This document shows, in pieces, positions 31,008 through 41,436 of a stretch of DNA of 64,000 nt. The notes under the pieces are model-generated. The model saw only the letters and a program-made list of their open reading frames with translations, did no database searches and was not told the DNA's origin. The DNA comes from Polyangiales bacterium (GTDB lineage Bacteria; Myxococcota_A; Polyangia; Polyangiales; Ga0077539): positions 192,001 to 256,000 of the forward strand of contig JBGARZ010000010.1 of NCBI GenBank assembly GCA_044229975.1. The letters are read 5' to 3'. How positions within the stretch are numbered: the first letter of the stretch is position 1; each line of letters starts with the position of its first letter. The translations under genes were made by a program, and so were the position numbers.

Positions 31008-33773
31008 ATGGAGTCGACGGGCCTGCGGGCGGAGCTTCCCGAGTACCTTCGCGAGTGGCAGGAGAAGATCGAGGCGTACGCGCGGCGCAGCGGGCTCGAT
31101 TTCTTCCCACAGGTCTTCGAGGTGCTCAGCTTCGACGAGATGAACGAGGTGGCGGCGTTTGGGGGGTTTCCCACGCGCTATCCCCACTGGCGCTGGGGGA
31201 TGGACTACGAGCGGCTGAAGAAGTCGAGTGAGTACGGGCTGTCACGCATCTACGAGATGGTGATCAACAACAACCCGTGCGTGGCCTATCTGTTGGAGGG
31301 CAATTCGCTCACCGACCAGAAGCTGGTGATGTCGCACGTGTGCGGTCACAACGACTTCTTCAAGAACAACTACGCCTTCAAGGTGACCGACCAGGATCGG
31401 CGGCCGCCCGAGCGCGCCGAGGACATGGTGGTGTCGCGCATCGACCGGCTGCCCACGCGGCGCTGGATCGACACCTTCGCCAACCACGCCTCGCGCATCC
31501 GTCGCCACATGGACCGCTACGGGGTGAGCCCGGTGGAGGAGTTCATCGACGTCTGCCATTCATTGGAGAACCTCATCGACCCGCCGGGGCGCATGTTGGA
31601 GGGTCGTGCGCGGGAGCCGGAGCGGGACGAGAACGCGCCGGCGGAGGAGGTTCCGCGGTTGAAGTCGAGCGGGTACATGGACTCGTTCATCAACCCGAAG
31701 GAGTACCTCGACGCGCAGCGCAAGAAGATGGACGCCGAAGCCCAGAAGGCGCGGCGCTTTCCCGAGAAGCCCGTGCGGGACGTGCTGTGGTTCCTGTTGG
31801 AAAACGCCCCACTGGAGAAGTGGGAGCGCGACGTGCTGGAGGTGATTCGCGAGGAGGCGTATTACTTCTGGCCACAAGCGCAGACCAAGGTGATGAACGA
31901 AGGGTGGGCCTGCCTGCACCCCGACAGCATGGTGTTTACGCGTTCGGGCGTGATCACGATGCGCGAGCTGGTCGAGGGCGGCAGTGACACGGTCTTCGAC
32001 GGTGGCGCGCGGCAGCGGGTGTACGACCGTCATGTGATTCGCGACCACGAGACGGTGACGGTGCGTACGCGCCGCGGCATCGAACTCTGCGGGTCGACCA
32101 ACCACCGGGTGCTGTTGTCCGATGGGACGACGTGGAAACGCCTTGATGAGCTCGCACCGGGGGACAAGGTGCAGGTCTCAGGTGGCGGCGGGATGTGGGC
32201 CGAAGAGGAGGTCGCGCTGTCGTACGAGGCACCGCACTCGGTGACCCTCGATGATGTGGCCGAAGTAGCAGGCGTGAGCGTGTGGACGGTGCTGCGGCAC
32301 CGCGCAGGTCGCTCGACGCGATCGGGCGCGGCGGTGGCGCAGGCGCTGGAGTCGACCGCCTATGAGACGACGCCGTGGGTTCTGCCGACGCGGCGGAAGG
32401 CGTTGAAGGTTCCGCGCACGCTCGACGCTCGGGTGGGCGCGATTCTCGGGTATCTGGTGGGTGACGGTCACATCAGCCGGGTCAAGCGACACCTCGGGCT
32501 GACCACGGGCGATCTCGACCAGGCCGTGAGCTTCGCGACGCTGGTGCAGGACGCCTTCGGGGTGGAGGCGCAGACGCACCTCGATGAAAACCGATACCGG
32601 GTGCTGGTGCACGCCGAGGCGCTGTCCGATCTATTGGTCGAGGAGTTCGGTCTCACCGAGGGTCCGAGCGCGGCGCAGAAGCGGGTCCCGGCGAAGGTGA
32701 TGCGCTCACCGGTCGGCGTGGTGCGCGCCTTCCTGCGGGCGTACTTCGATTGCGACGGGTATGCAGGGAAGCAGGGCGTGATCCTATCGACCGTGTCGAC
32801 GGAGATGTCCCGCGAGGTGCAGCTCCTCCTCTTGAACTTCGGTGTGCTGTCGCGCCGTCGTCGCCAGAAGGACGGTTGCTGGCACGTTCACGTGGCGGGC
32901 GCCTCGGCGGCTCGCTTCGCCGAGGTGGTTGGCTTTGGTCTGGCGCGGAAGCAGCGCGCGCTGGAGGCGTACGTCTCCGGTCATCAATGGACGAAGGTAG
33001 AGCGCTGGGACGACGAGGTGGTGTCGCTGGAGCGCGGGCGCTCGGACGTCTACGACATCTCGGTGGAGGACACGCACCGCTACGCGGCGGGCGGTGTCAT
33101 CAACCACAACTCGTTCTGGCATTCGAAGATCATGACCGGCTACGCGTGTGACGCGAGCGAGATCATCGATTACTCCGACCGCAACGCGTCGGTGATGGGC
33201 GGCGGCGGGCGCAACCTCAACCCGTACAAGCTGGGCGTCGAGCTCTATCGCCACATCGAAGAGCGCTGGAACAAAGGGCGCTTCGGCAAGGAGTGGGAGG
33301 ACTGCACCGACCTCGAAGACCGGTTGCACTGGGACCGGCAGTTGGGCCTCGGGCGCAAGAAGATCTTCGAGGTGCGGGCGCTCTACACGGACGTGATGTT
33401 CATTGACGAGTTCCTGACGCCGGAGTTCGTGATGGAGCACAAGCTCTTCACCTACGCGTGGTCGAACCGCAATGACCGGTTTGAGATCGACACCCGCGAG
33501 TTCAAGGCCATCAAGGAGAAGCTGCTCTTCCAGATGACCAACTTCGGGAATCCCTTCATCTACGTGGAAGACGGCAACTACGAAAACCGGGGCGAGCTGC
33601 TCTTGCGGCACGAGCACCAGGGCGTCGACCTCGACCAGGAGAAGGGCAAGGAGACGCTGCGCAACCTGTTCCGGGTGTGGCGGCGGCCGTGCACGCTGGC
33701 GACGCAGTTCGACGGTCGCGCGACGCTGCTGCGCTACGACGGCAAGGAGCACTCGTCCAAGCCGGTGAAGTGA
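31008..33773 (+). CDS. spoVR: SpoVR/YcgB family protein containing an intein
   Basis: [35 protein letters not shown], conserved [12 protein letters not shown] split by a 400-aa insert, NPYKLG. Confidence 0.93.
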   Translation: MESTGLRAELPEYLREWQEKIEAYARRSGLDFFPQVFEVLSFDEMNEVAAFGGFPTRYPHWRWGMDYERLKKSSEYGLSRIYEMVINNNPCVAYLLEGNSLTDQKLVMSHVCGHNDFFKNNYAFKVTDQDRRPPERAEDMVVSRIDRLPTRRWIDTFANHASRIRRHMDRYGVSPVEEFIDVCHSLENLIDPPGRMLEGRAREPERDENAPAEEVPRLKSSGYMDSFINPKEYLDAQRKKMDAEAQKARRFPEKPVRDVLWFLLENAPLEKWERDVLEVIREEAYYFWPQAQTKVMNEGWACLHPDSMVFTRSGVITMRELVEGGSDTVFDGGARQRVYDRHVIRDHETVTVRTRRGIELCGSTNHRVLLSDGTTWKRLDELAPGDKVQVSGGGGMWAEEEVALSYEAPHSVTLDDVAEVAGVSVWTVLRHRAGRSTRSGAAVAQALESTAYETTPWVLPTRRKALKVPRTLDARVGAILGYLVGDGHISRVKRHLGLTTGDLDQAVSFATLVQDAFGVEAQTHLDENRYRVLVHAEALSDLLVEEFGLTEGPSAAQKRVPAKVMRSPVGVVRAFLRAYFDCDGYAGKQGVILSTVSTEMSREVQLLLLNFGVLSRRRRQKDGCWHVHVAGASAARFAEVVGFGLARKQRALEAYVSGHQWTKVERWDDEVVSLERGRSDVYDISVEDTHRYAAGGVINHNSFWHSKIMTGYACDASEIIDYSDRNASVMGGGGRNLNPYKLGVELYRHIEERWNKGRFGKEWEDCTDLEDRLHWDRQLGLGRKKIFEVRALYTDVMFIDEFLTPEFVMEHKLFTYAWSNRNDRFEIDTREFKAIKEKLLFQMTNFGNPFIYVEDGNYENRGELLLRHEHQGVDLDQEKGKETLRNLFRVWRRPCTLATQFDGRATLLRYDGKEHSSKPVK
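31911..33110 (+). mobile_element. Intein (400 aa) with a LAGLIDADG homing endonuclease
   Basis: Starts CLHPDS (Cys1); block B STNHRV; LAGLIDADG blocks LGYLVGDG and LRAYFDCDG; block F VYDISV; ends INHN followed by Ser+1. Confidence 0.95.
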
Positions 33774-34393
33774 GCGACGCGCGGCGGCTCGCGCTGCTGG
33801 GCGACGTTCATCGGGAGCTGGTGGCGTGTCGGGCGTGCCCGGGAATGCACGGGCCCGCGGTGCACGGGCCGGCCGTGCTGCGCGGCGTGATGCTCATTGG
33901 GCAGGCGCCCGGTCCGCACGAGGGGAAGATCGGGCGGCCGTTTGCGTGGACGGCGGGGAGGACGCTGTTTCAGTGGTTCGAGGCGGCGACGGGGGTGGGC
34001 GAGGCGCGCTTCCGCGAGCGGGTGTACTTCGCGGCGGCGGCGCGGTGCTTTCCGGGGAAGGCGCCGAGCGGCGGTGACCGGAAGCCCGATCGCGACGAGA
34101 TCGAGCGCTGCGGGCGCTTCCTCGCGAGAGAGGTGGCCATCGTGGCGCCGGGGCTGGTGATTCCGGTGGGGTCGCTCGCCATCGAGCAGGTATTGGGGCA
34201 CCGGGGCAAGCTCGTGGAGGTCATCGGAACGCAGCAGCGGGCGCGGTATCACGGTGTCGAGACGGATGTGATCGCGCTGCCGCACCCGAGCGGCGTGTCG
34301 ACGTGGCATCGGATGGAGCCGGGGAAGTCGCTATTGGCGAAAGCGCTGTTGCTCATCGGACAACACCCGGCGTGGAGAGAAGCGGTGGGTTGA
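33770..34393 (+). CDS. Uracil-DNA glycosylase family protein (4Fe-4S, family 4/5-like)
   Basis: CRACP, IGQAPG, PF...AG, RCFPG...DRKP..EIERC, LPHPSG. Confidence 0.85.
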   Translation: MSDARRLALLGDVHRELVACRACPGMHGPAVHGPAVLRGVMLIGQAPGPHEGKIGRPFAWTAGRTLFQWFEAATGVGEARFRERVYFAAAARCFPGKAPSGGDRKPDRDEIERCGRFLAREVAIVAPGLVIPVGSLAIEQVLGHRGKLVEVIGTQQRARYHGVETDVIALPHPSGVSTWHRMEPGKSLLAKALLLIGQHPAWREAVG

Positions 34394-34406
34394 CGGGGGA
34401 AGGCGC

Positions 34407-34862
34407 CTACCGACAAGCGAGCGAGCTCGTCGTACGCAAGCGCGCGGGGCACAGACAGGCGTCCGCCAGGCCATAGGAGACGACCCGACCGGCGCCTTCG
34501 GTCACGACGACGACGGTCCGAACCGATGCTCTCCCCGCTTGCGAGAGGGTCACGCAAGCGACCCCATTCGAGAACTGTCCCGATGTGGCCGTGACGGAGG
34601 TCTCAAAGGATCCGCCACCGAGCAGCGCGCCGAGCGCCGCGGCGCTGGGGGGCGCGCTGTCGGGCGCACGACCCTGCGCGGCCTCGCTGGCGAACGACAG
34701 GGCCGCGCGCGTCGCGCCTTCCCTCAATCCCGACGTGGCGAGCAACGCGAGACCCGCCATCGCGCCCAGGCCCACGACGACGAGAGCCCCGACGATGAGG
34801 CCGGTGCGCCAGGAGCCAGGGTTTCGCGCGGGTGGGGGAGGAGCGGCGGGAGGGACGTTCAT
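34407..34862 (-). CDS. Hypothetical membrane-anchored protein
   Basis: One N-terminal TM segment; fills an intergenic space. Confidence 0.5.
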   Translation of the reverse strand: MNVPPAAPPPPARNPGSWRTGLIVGALVVVGLGAMAGLALLATSGLREGATRAALSFASEAAQGRAPDSAPPSAAALGALLGGGSFETSVTATSGQFSNGVACVTLSQAGRASVRTVVVVTEGAGRVVSYGLADACLCPARLRTTSSLACR

Positions 34863-34944
34863 CGTGGCCGCACTCTATCCCGCTCTGGCCCTTGTCCCCT
34901 GTCATTGACCGCGGGCCCCCGCAGCGACGACCATCGCTGCCACC

Positions 34945-35664
34945 ATGATCGTCTTCGGCCAGCGCCTCTACGGGAAGACCCTCCGCTGCGGTGATGCCTA
35001 CGTGGCCACCCGCTTCTTCCACGTGTGGTTCATCCCGCTCATCCCGATGGGGTCGTCCATCGTGCTGCGGTCGCTCGACGGTGGACTCGTCGAGTCCATC
35101 CGCACGCCGTTTCATTTTCCCTCCGTCGGCCTCGCGCTGCTCCGCGGCTGGAGCGTCGTCCTCCTCCTGCACGGCCTCCTCAACTGGATGGAGCCCGACC
35201 CCGCCGCCCCGTACGACGGGCCCGTCGTCAGCGCCGTCGCGCTCGTCGGCCTCGTGCTCGGACTCTTCGTGCTCGGTCGCACCTCCAAAACGAAGCGCGC
35301 CCAGCTCGAGACCTACGCCCAGGTCTTCGGTCATCCCATCGACCTCGCGCTCCTCGGCGACGCGCGCGAGCAGCTGGCCAACGCCATCCGCGAGCAGCTC
35401 GTCGTCCACGGTTGCCAGTACGCCGTCCACTACCGCGCCACCTACGATCCGGCGACGCAGTGGGGCGCCCTCGCGCTCGACCCCGCCATGCGCGACCGCG
35501 TGTACCTCACCCAGGCGCTCGCGCTCGCGCGCATCGAGGCGTCGCGCGCGTCGGGCCCCGCGAAGGCCGAGCTCACGCAGACCCACGACCGCATCTGGGC
35601 GCGGATGCAGGAGCTCGGTCCGGTCGCCGCGCCCGCGATGACCCACGAAGTCACCGCGGGCTGA
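34945..35664 (+). CDS. Hypothetical membrane protein
   Basis: MIVFGQRLYGK...ATRFFHVWFIPLIP start; two TM segments. Confidence 0.7.
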   Translation: MIVFGQRLYGKTLRCGDAYVATRFFHVWFIPLIPMGSSIVLRSLDGGLVESIRTPFHFPSVGLALLRGWSVVLLLHGLLNWMEPDPAAPYDGPVVSAVALVGLVLGLFVLGRTSKTKRAQLETYAQVFGHPIDLALLGDAREQLANAIREQLVVHGCQYAVHYRATYDPATQWGALALDPAMRDRVYLTQALALARIEASRASGPAKAELTQTHDRIWARMQELGPVAAPAMTHEVTAG

Positions 35665-35673
35665 GCAGTTGTT

Positions 35674-36957
35674 TCAGAGGGGAGCGGGCGCGCGGCGCAT
35701 CTGACCGCGCACCTCGCCGCCAGGGTTCGCCGTGGAGTGGGCGTTGGCGTAGAGGTTTCCCTCGGTGAGGGCGGTGATGATCGCGGCGCTGGGCATCGCG
35801 GTGCCGCGGAAGTTCATGCCCGTCACGTCGAAGGTGACCACCACCCCGCCGGACGCTCCCACGGCTCCCTGGTGCAGGTGCGCCGCCGACGGCGTGAAGC
35901 CCGTCACTGCCCCCTCGTAGGTGATGCGGTCGCGGTCGGCGCCGAGGATCACCGCGGTGCTCCCGGTCGACGTCGTCGTCACCGGCGGAACCTCCTGCGC
36001 GCCCGTCATGCGACCGATGTAGAGCTGCTCGCCCGGCCGCAGGATCTGCCCGCGCACCTCGCCGCCCGCGTTGGCCGCCGTGTGCACGTTGGCGTACCAG
36101 CGGCCGCCTTCGAGGTCGCCCACCGAGGTGATGGGGCGCGTTCCCGTGATGGTCGCAGAGGCCGCGCCGAAGTCGATGGCGACGCCGCCGTTGGTGCCCG
36201 CCGCGCCCGTGTGGATGTGCGCCGCGGAGGGGGCACCGGTGAGCCCCGTGGTGCGAACGATGTAGCGCACGCGCAGCGCCGTCGGGTCGACGAGAAACTC
36301 CGCGAGCCCGGTGCCCGTCGAGGTCGTCGGCGGGTTCTCCTGGTCGGCCGAGAGACGCGCCACGTAGACCGTCTCACCCGGGCGAACGATCTGCCCGCGG
36401 ATCTCTCCGCCCGCGTTGGCCGCGGTGTGGATGTTGACGTACGCGCGGCCCTCCTCGATGGCGGCGGCCTGCTCGGCGGTCACCGTCGCGGTGCCGGTGA
36501 TGACCGCAGGCGTGGCCGTGAAGGGGATGGCGACCGCGCCGTTTTCCCCGGCGATGCCGAGGTGGATGTGAGCGCCCGTCGGCAGCAGGATGGAGTGCGT
36601 CACCGAGTACATCAGGCTGGTGCGGTCGGCGCTGAGCGTGAAGGTCGCCGTGCCCGTCGCGGTGGTGTCGTACACCGCGGGGACCTCCTGCCGACCCGAC
36701 AGCGTGGCGACGAAGCTCTGCGCGACGGCGGGGACGTCGGTCGCGGTCTGTACGTCGGTCGCAGTCTGGACGTCGGTCGCAGTCTGGACGTCGGTCGCGG
36801 TCTGGACGTCGGTCGCGGTCTGGACGTCGGTCGCGGTCTGCACGTCGCTACCCGGAACATCGGTGGCGGCGTCGGTGGTGGTGGCCGCGTCGTCGCAGGC
36901 CGCGAGACCGACGGAGGCGCAGAGGCAGAGGAGAAGGGAGGGGTACTTGAAGGACAT
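35674..36957 (-). CDS. Lipoprotein with three CHRD domains
   Basis: Lipobox GLAAC; three repeats of L/M-x-x-x-QE-x-P...AHIH/AHLH...Y-x-N-x-H...GE-I/V-RGQ. Confidence 0.92.
   Translation of the reverse strand: MSFKYPSLLLCLCASVGLAACDDAATTTDAATDVPGSDVQTATDVQTATDVQTATDVQTATDVQTATDVQTATDVPAVAQSFVATLSGRQEVPAVYDTTATGTATFTLSADRTSLMYSVTHSILLPTGAHIHLGIAGENGAVAIPFTATPAVITGTATVTAEQAAAIEEGRAYVNIHTAANAGGEIRGQIVRPGETVYVARLSADQENPPTTSTGTGLAEFLVDPTALRVRYIVRTTGLTGAPSAAHIHTGAAGTNGGVAIDFGAASATITGTRPITSVGDLEGGRWYANVHTAANAGGEVRGQILRPGEQLYIGRMTGAQEVPPVTTTSTGSTAVILGADRDRITYEGAVTGFTPSAAHLHQGAVGASGGVVVTFDVTGMNFRGTAMPSAAIITALTEGNLYANAHSTANPGGEVRGQMRRAPAPL
36733..36847 (-). repeat. 18-bp tandem repeat (~6 copies) encoding the TDVQTA linker
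   Basis: GACGTCGGTCGCGGTCTG-type units on the + strand. Confidence 0.9.
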
Positions 36958-37157
36958 GCGAGACCTCGTTCGGAGTGTGGTGAGGGCGGCGTCAGGTACG
37001 GTCGACGTCGTCCGCGGGTCGCGGCCCTGGCCGCAGCGTCCCCCTCATCCAACCGTGGCACCCGAACCGCAACCCCGGGGAGAGGACGACCGTCAGACCC
37101 TACACCCGGAACCCCACGACGCGAGCGTTGTCTCTCCCGCCTGGAGGCACTCGTCAG

Positions 37158-38588
37158 GTGAAACGCTTTGTAGACCCGGTTCAGGCGCCCGTGTACCGCT
37201 CGGCCGCCCGCCCCTCCGTCACGGAAGAACGCGGCGAGACCGTCATCGAGGTGGTGGTGTCCTGGGGTGCGGAGCCGATGCTCGCGGTGGCCCACCTGCG
37301 ATCGGGCGAACGCTTCGTGCTGACGTCCCGCGGGAGCAGCTCTCCCGACGCGCACACCTTCGTGCACCCGGCGATGGAGCACGGCGTTCATGTGCTGGTG
37401 GACTTCGTCGGGCGCGAAGGGCGGGTCACGCCGTTGGGTGGAGCGGCCTTCGTGCTGGCGCGGGGTGAGGGCGCGCGCATCGAGCACGACGAGGTGCGGT
37501 ACGAGCTGAGGCATGTCCCGCGGGCGGAGCGGCTGCCGGCGCGGCGGGGCGATCGGCTCTTCGGTGTCGCCACGATGGTCACGCTCGTTGGGACGATCGC
37601 CGCGGGCTCGTGGATCGGACACGGTGAGCACGACGATCGCCTCACGCGCGAGGACGAGGACGAGCGCCGCGGGTACCTCATCGAGCACGCGCTGCGGGCG
37701 CGGTCGTACGCGCCGACGCACGCCGAGGGTACTGGCGCGAGCGAAGGCGGCACCGGGTTGCGGGCGGTGGGCGACGAAGGGGCGGCGGGTTCACGTCGGG
37801 CGCCGCGGGTGTCGCGGGCGTGGTCGACGCCGCCGCAACGCGGGCCGACGCGCGACGGCTCGCGCAGCGGCGAGGCGGTGCTGAGCGCGAGGGATCGGGT
37901 GCTGCGGCGCGGGGTGTTCTCGGCGCTGGGCGAGGTGGGGTCGGTGCCGTGGGGCGTGGTGCTGCCGGGCGACGGCGCCACGCGACAGGCGACGGGCGCG
38001 ATGTACGGCGAGACGACGGGCGACGCGCGCGGCTACGAGGGACTCGGGCTGCTCGGAACGGGCTGGGGCGGCGGCAGCACCGGCGGGCTCATCGGCCTCG
38101 GTCGGATGCCAACGCGCGGGCACGGCACCGACGACGGCACGGGGCAGGGCATCGGCGGTGGGTCGTACTGCGGGTGCGGCGAGGGGATGCTGCCGTCGCG
38201 CGCGACGGGGCGTGCGGGCATCGGGGTGCGGGCGCTCGCGAACGTGGGTACGACCACCGGGTGCGTCCTCGGCCGCGATGCAGCGAGCGCAACCTACGAC
38301 GCGGGCGAAGTCCGCAGGGTCGTCGTTCGCAACCTGGGTCAGGTGCGCCACTGCTACGAGCAGGCGCTCACGGAGGTTCCGAACGCCGAGGGGCGCGTCG
38401 CGATGCGTTGGGTGATCGGGGGCGACGGCGCGGTGATCGCGTCGACGGTGACGGACAACGGAACGGGCTCCGCGGGGCTCGGCGAGTGCGTCGCGAGCGC
38501 CGTGCGACGGTGGCAGTTTCCCGCGCCCGAGGGCGGCGGCGTGGTGACGGTGAACTACCCCTTCGACCTCAGCGTCGTCGATCCGTAG
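37158..38588 (+). CDS. AgmX/PglI C-terminal (TonB-like) domain membrane protein
   Basis: GGAGG RBS plus GTG; TM segment; Gly-rich linker; C-terminal VRRVV..NLGQVRHCYE...GRV...WQFPAPEGGGVVTVNYPF. Confidence 0.8.
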   Translation: MKRFVDPVQAPVYRSAARPSVTEERGETVIEVVVSWGAEPMLAVAHLRSGERFVLTSRGSSSPDAHTFVHPAMEHGVHVLVDFVGREGRVTPLGGAAFVLARGEGARIEHDEVRYELRHVPRAERLPARRGDRLFGVATMVTLVGTIAAGSWIGHGEHDDRLTREDEDERRGYLIEHALRARSYAPTHAEGTGASEGGTGLRAVGDEGAAGSRRAPRVSRAWSTPPQRGPTRDGSRSGEAVLSARDRVLRRGVFSALGEVGSVPWGVVLPGDGATRQATGAMYGETTGDARGYEGLGLLGTGWGGGSTGGLIGLGRMPTRGHGTDDGTGQGIGGGSYCGCGEGMLPSRATGRAGIGVRALANVGTTTGCVLGRDAASATYDAGEVRRVVVRNLGQVRHCYEQALTEVPNAEGRVAMRWVIGGDGAVIASTVTDNGTGSAGLGECVASAVRRWQFPAPEGGGVVTVNYPFDLSVVDP

Positions 38589-38631
38589 CGCCGCTCCGAC
38601 GCTCTCTCTTCGCTTCCGGAGAGCACCCGCT

Positions 38632-38787
38632 CACGCCCTCGGTGCGCGCCCTTACCCGAAGGGACGCGACCACCCACGCCCGCTGCGAAAATCGGGGCCT
38701 CCGAACGCCGAGCCTCCCGACGAAGGACGACGACCGTCGGCGTGGGCGGTCGCGTCCCTCCGGGTAAGGGCGCGCACCGAGGGCGTG
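38632..38787. repeat. Third long palindrome (49-bp arms, 58-bp loop) between convergent genes
   Basis: 38632-38680 pairs with 38739-38787 with 2 mismatches. Confidence 0.85.
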
Positions 38788-38820
38788 GTCGTCGCTCCGG
38801 AGCGCGGAGCTCGTTCCCCC

Positions 38821-41217
38821 TTACGCCGCGGCCGCCTTTCCGAGCGCGTAGAGTTCGCGTCGCAGCGCCGCCGGGTCGCTCGCCACCGCCGTAAACCCCG
38901 GCAGCGAACCCCTCGCCGCCGCGGCCTGCTCGACGGCGAGCGCCGCCCGCTCACCATCCGCTGCGAGCGCGCACGCGGCCAACGCCCACGCGGCCAGCGC
39001 GGGCGACCCTAACCCCCCCGCGACCAGCGAGACGAGCGCCGCGACGGCCTTCCGCATCTGCGGCCCGTAGGTCGGGTGCGTCGCCGTCACGCCCTCGCGC
39101 ACCAGCGTCGAGAGCGCCTCCGCCATCGATCGCATCCGCGCGACGTCGTCACCGTTGTCGCCCGTGAGCTGCGCCTGGAGCAGCGCCTTCCACGCCTCGA
39201 CCACGCCCTGCGCAGGCGGGGGCGCGGCGGCCATCGAGCGACCTGCCACCATCGGTCGCGCCATCGACGAGCCCGGTCGTCCCGCCGAAACCTTCACCTC
39301 CACCCAGGCGCCCGTTCGTCGCGGCGGCGGACAACGCATCGACGACGACGCCCCCACCGACTCGTAGACCACCACGCGCGCAACCGGGTCCCACCGCGCG
39401 ATGCCGCTCTTCACTGGCGACGTGTGCATCGCCCACCCCGCGGGCGCGCTCACCGGGACCACGCGCGTCTCCGGCGCTGCGTTGCCGACGCGGTCGCCCG
39501 TTCGCTCTTCCACCAATACGAAGGACGTGTGCCGCGACGCCACGCCGTGCTCGACCGCGATGGCCACCACGCGCGCCTTCATCGCCGATGCGCGTCGCGG
39601 GTCGGTGATCGCCGCGCCCTCCAGGTCGCGCACCCGCTCGGCCGCCCACAGCTTCGGCAGCGCAGGCTGCGACGCCTCCGCTGGAAAGCGCACCGGAACC
39701 TCCAGCAGGTACGGCTCCGTCCCGCGCGTCCCGGTGATGAGCGCGAAGCCCTCGCCCGCGCCCTCGTAGCGTCCGAAGACCGACCACGGCTCGCCGTCGA
39801 CGAGGTCAGGCGCGCTACCCGGCGCGAGCTCCGACGCCGCCACTCCCTCGAACACCACGCGCACCCCCGTCACCCGCGCCGCGGCCACCCGCGCAAACAT
39901 CGCGGTGACCTTGGCGTCGACCTTCTCGCCGGGGTGGACGAACTCCACCTCGCCGCTCGTCCGCCGCGCAAGGTCGCGCAGCAACCCCTCACAGATGTTG
40001 GTGCCGAGACCGAAGGCACACACCCGCGTCGTGCGGCGCGCTGCCATCACCGCGCCCACGAGCTCGGACTCGTTGCCCACCTGACCGTCGGTGAGCATCA
40101 CCACCACGCCATCCGGAACCATCTCCACCGCGGCCACCAGCGGCGCGAGCAGATCGGTTCCGCCGTCGGCCTGGCGGGAGATCACCCACCGATCGGCCGC
40201 CTCCACCGTCGCCGGCGTGAAGGGCACGAGCCGTCGCTCGAACCACGACGCGTGACCCGAGAACGCCACGATGTTGAAGCGATCGCCCGCGCGCAGGTGA
40301 CGCAGGCACGCTCGCAGCGTCTTGCGCGCCTCCCTGATCGACGGGCCTTCCATCGAGGCCGACTCGTCGAGCACGAACACCACGCTCCTCGGCGCGAGCG
40401 CTCGCTCCGCGTCGAAGAGGTCGGGCAGCACGCCCAGCGAGAAGAACCCGCGGCCCTGCCCCTCACAGTGCGCGACGAGGCCCGCCGTGGGGCCGTCGCC
40501 GACGCCGCGGGCGATCACCACCACGTCGCGGTCGAGGGCCACGCTGGTAGCGGCGAGCTTCACGTGGGCGGTGCGTTCGTCGTGCTCGACGGCGAGGTCG
40601 TGCGAGGGGGACTCGACGCGCAGCGCGCGACCGAGGTGGAGCGCGAGGTCGAGCGTGAGACCATAGCGGGCGTCGCCGATGGGCGGCGTGACGAGGTCGG
40701 CGTCGGCGACGCGGTCGGTGGGGGCGGAGGTCCCGTGGCCGGTGCGGTCGCCGTGCGGTGTGCCCGGGATGTAGCGCGGTGCGACCAGCGTCGGGATGAC
40801 CCAGCGGAGGGCGCCCTCGTCGCGGTGCAGGCGCTGGAGGTACGAGACCTCGACGTCGACCGACTCGCCCGGCAGGAGGTTGCCCGCCGTCGCCGTAAAC
40901 ACCTCGTCGCGCTGCTTCTCCAACAGCGCCGCGCCGTGGCCCTGGACGATGGCGTCGTCGTAGGTGCGGAAGGCCGCCTCGCGCTCGCGCACCACCGCGT
41001 CGATGCGCCGTCCGGCGACGTTCATCGCGAAGCCCACGAGCGCCGCCTCGGAGGGAAGCGGGAAGGTGTAGACCGCCTCGATGGCCCGCGCTTCGGTGTT
41101 GAGATAACGCTGCCGCACGGTGACGCGCGCGTGCGCCCCGAGCAGCTCTCCCGTGATGTCGACTCCCCGCAAGGGGACCGCGGCGCCGTCTGCGGCGTGG
41201 AGACCAGTTTGCTTCAT
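38821..41217 (-). CDS. VIT + von Willebrand factor A domain protein
   Basis: QRYLN...EAVYTFPLP (VIT); VFVLDESASM (MIDAS), GGTDL, LTDGQ, LWA..R, TSFV. Confidence 0.9.
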   Translation of the reverse strand: MKQTGLHAADGAAVPLRGVDITGELLGAHARVTVRQRYLNTEARAIEAVYTFPLPSEAALVGFAMNVAGRRIDAVVREREAAFRTYDDAIVQGHGAALLEKQRDEVFTATAGNLLPGESVDVEVSYLQRLHRDEGALRWVIPTLVAPRYIPGTPHGDRTGHGTSAPTDRVADADLVTPPIGDARYGLTLDLALHLGRALRVESPSHDLAVEHDERTAHVKLAATSVALDRDVVVIARGVGDGPTAGLVAHCEGQGRGFFSLGVLPDLFDAERALAPRSVVFVLDESASMEGPSIREARKTLRACLRHLRAGDRFNIVAFSGHASWFERRLVPFTPATVEAADRWVISRQADGGTDLLAPLVAAVEMVPDGVVVMLTDGQVGNESELVGAVMAARRTTRVCAFGLGTNICEGLLRDLARRTSGEVEFVHPGEKVDAKVTAMFARVAAARVTGVRVVFEGVAASELAPGSAPDLVDGEPWSVFGRYEGAGEGFALITGTRGTEPYLLEVPVRFPAEASQPALPKLWAAERVRDLEGAAITDPRRASAMKARVVAIAVEHGVASRHTSFVLVEERTGDRVGNAAPETRVVPVSAPAGWAMHTSPVKSGIARWDPVARVVVYESVGASSSMRCPPPRRTGAWVEVKVSAGRPGSSMARPMVAGRSMAAAPPPAQGVVEAWKALLQAQLTGDNGDDVARMRSMAEALSTLVREGVTATHPTYGPQMRKAVAALVSLVAGGLGSPALAAWALAACALAADGERAALAVEQAAAARGSLPGFTAVASDPAALRRELYALGKAAAA

Positions 41218-41436
41218 CGTATCGACCGAACGCTCTCTGCCACCATCCGTGGCGGGTGTGCGGAACAGGTCGGCGGGCGCCGCAACCCCCGATGGCCGCG
41301 ACGTCCATGGGAGGTGCAGTGAGACCGTGAATTGGCCCACCGAAACGGGGCGCACCGTGCGACAAGACAGTGGTAGTGTCAAGTCGACATCGGTGGTGTC
41401 AATGCGGAGCGCGGTGGTCGGGTAGATTTCCCCCGC

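Noticed and set aside
36733..36847. Tandem repeats here, at 8198-8289 and at 59700-59950 as possible CRISPR arrays
   Set aside because: No unique spacers, all are in-frame coding repeats, and no cas genes are present.
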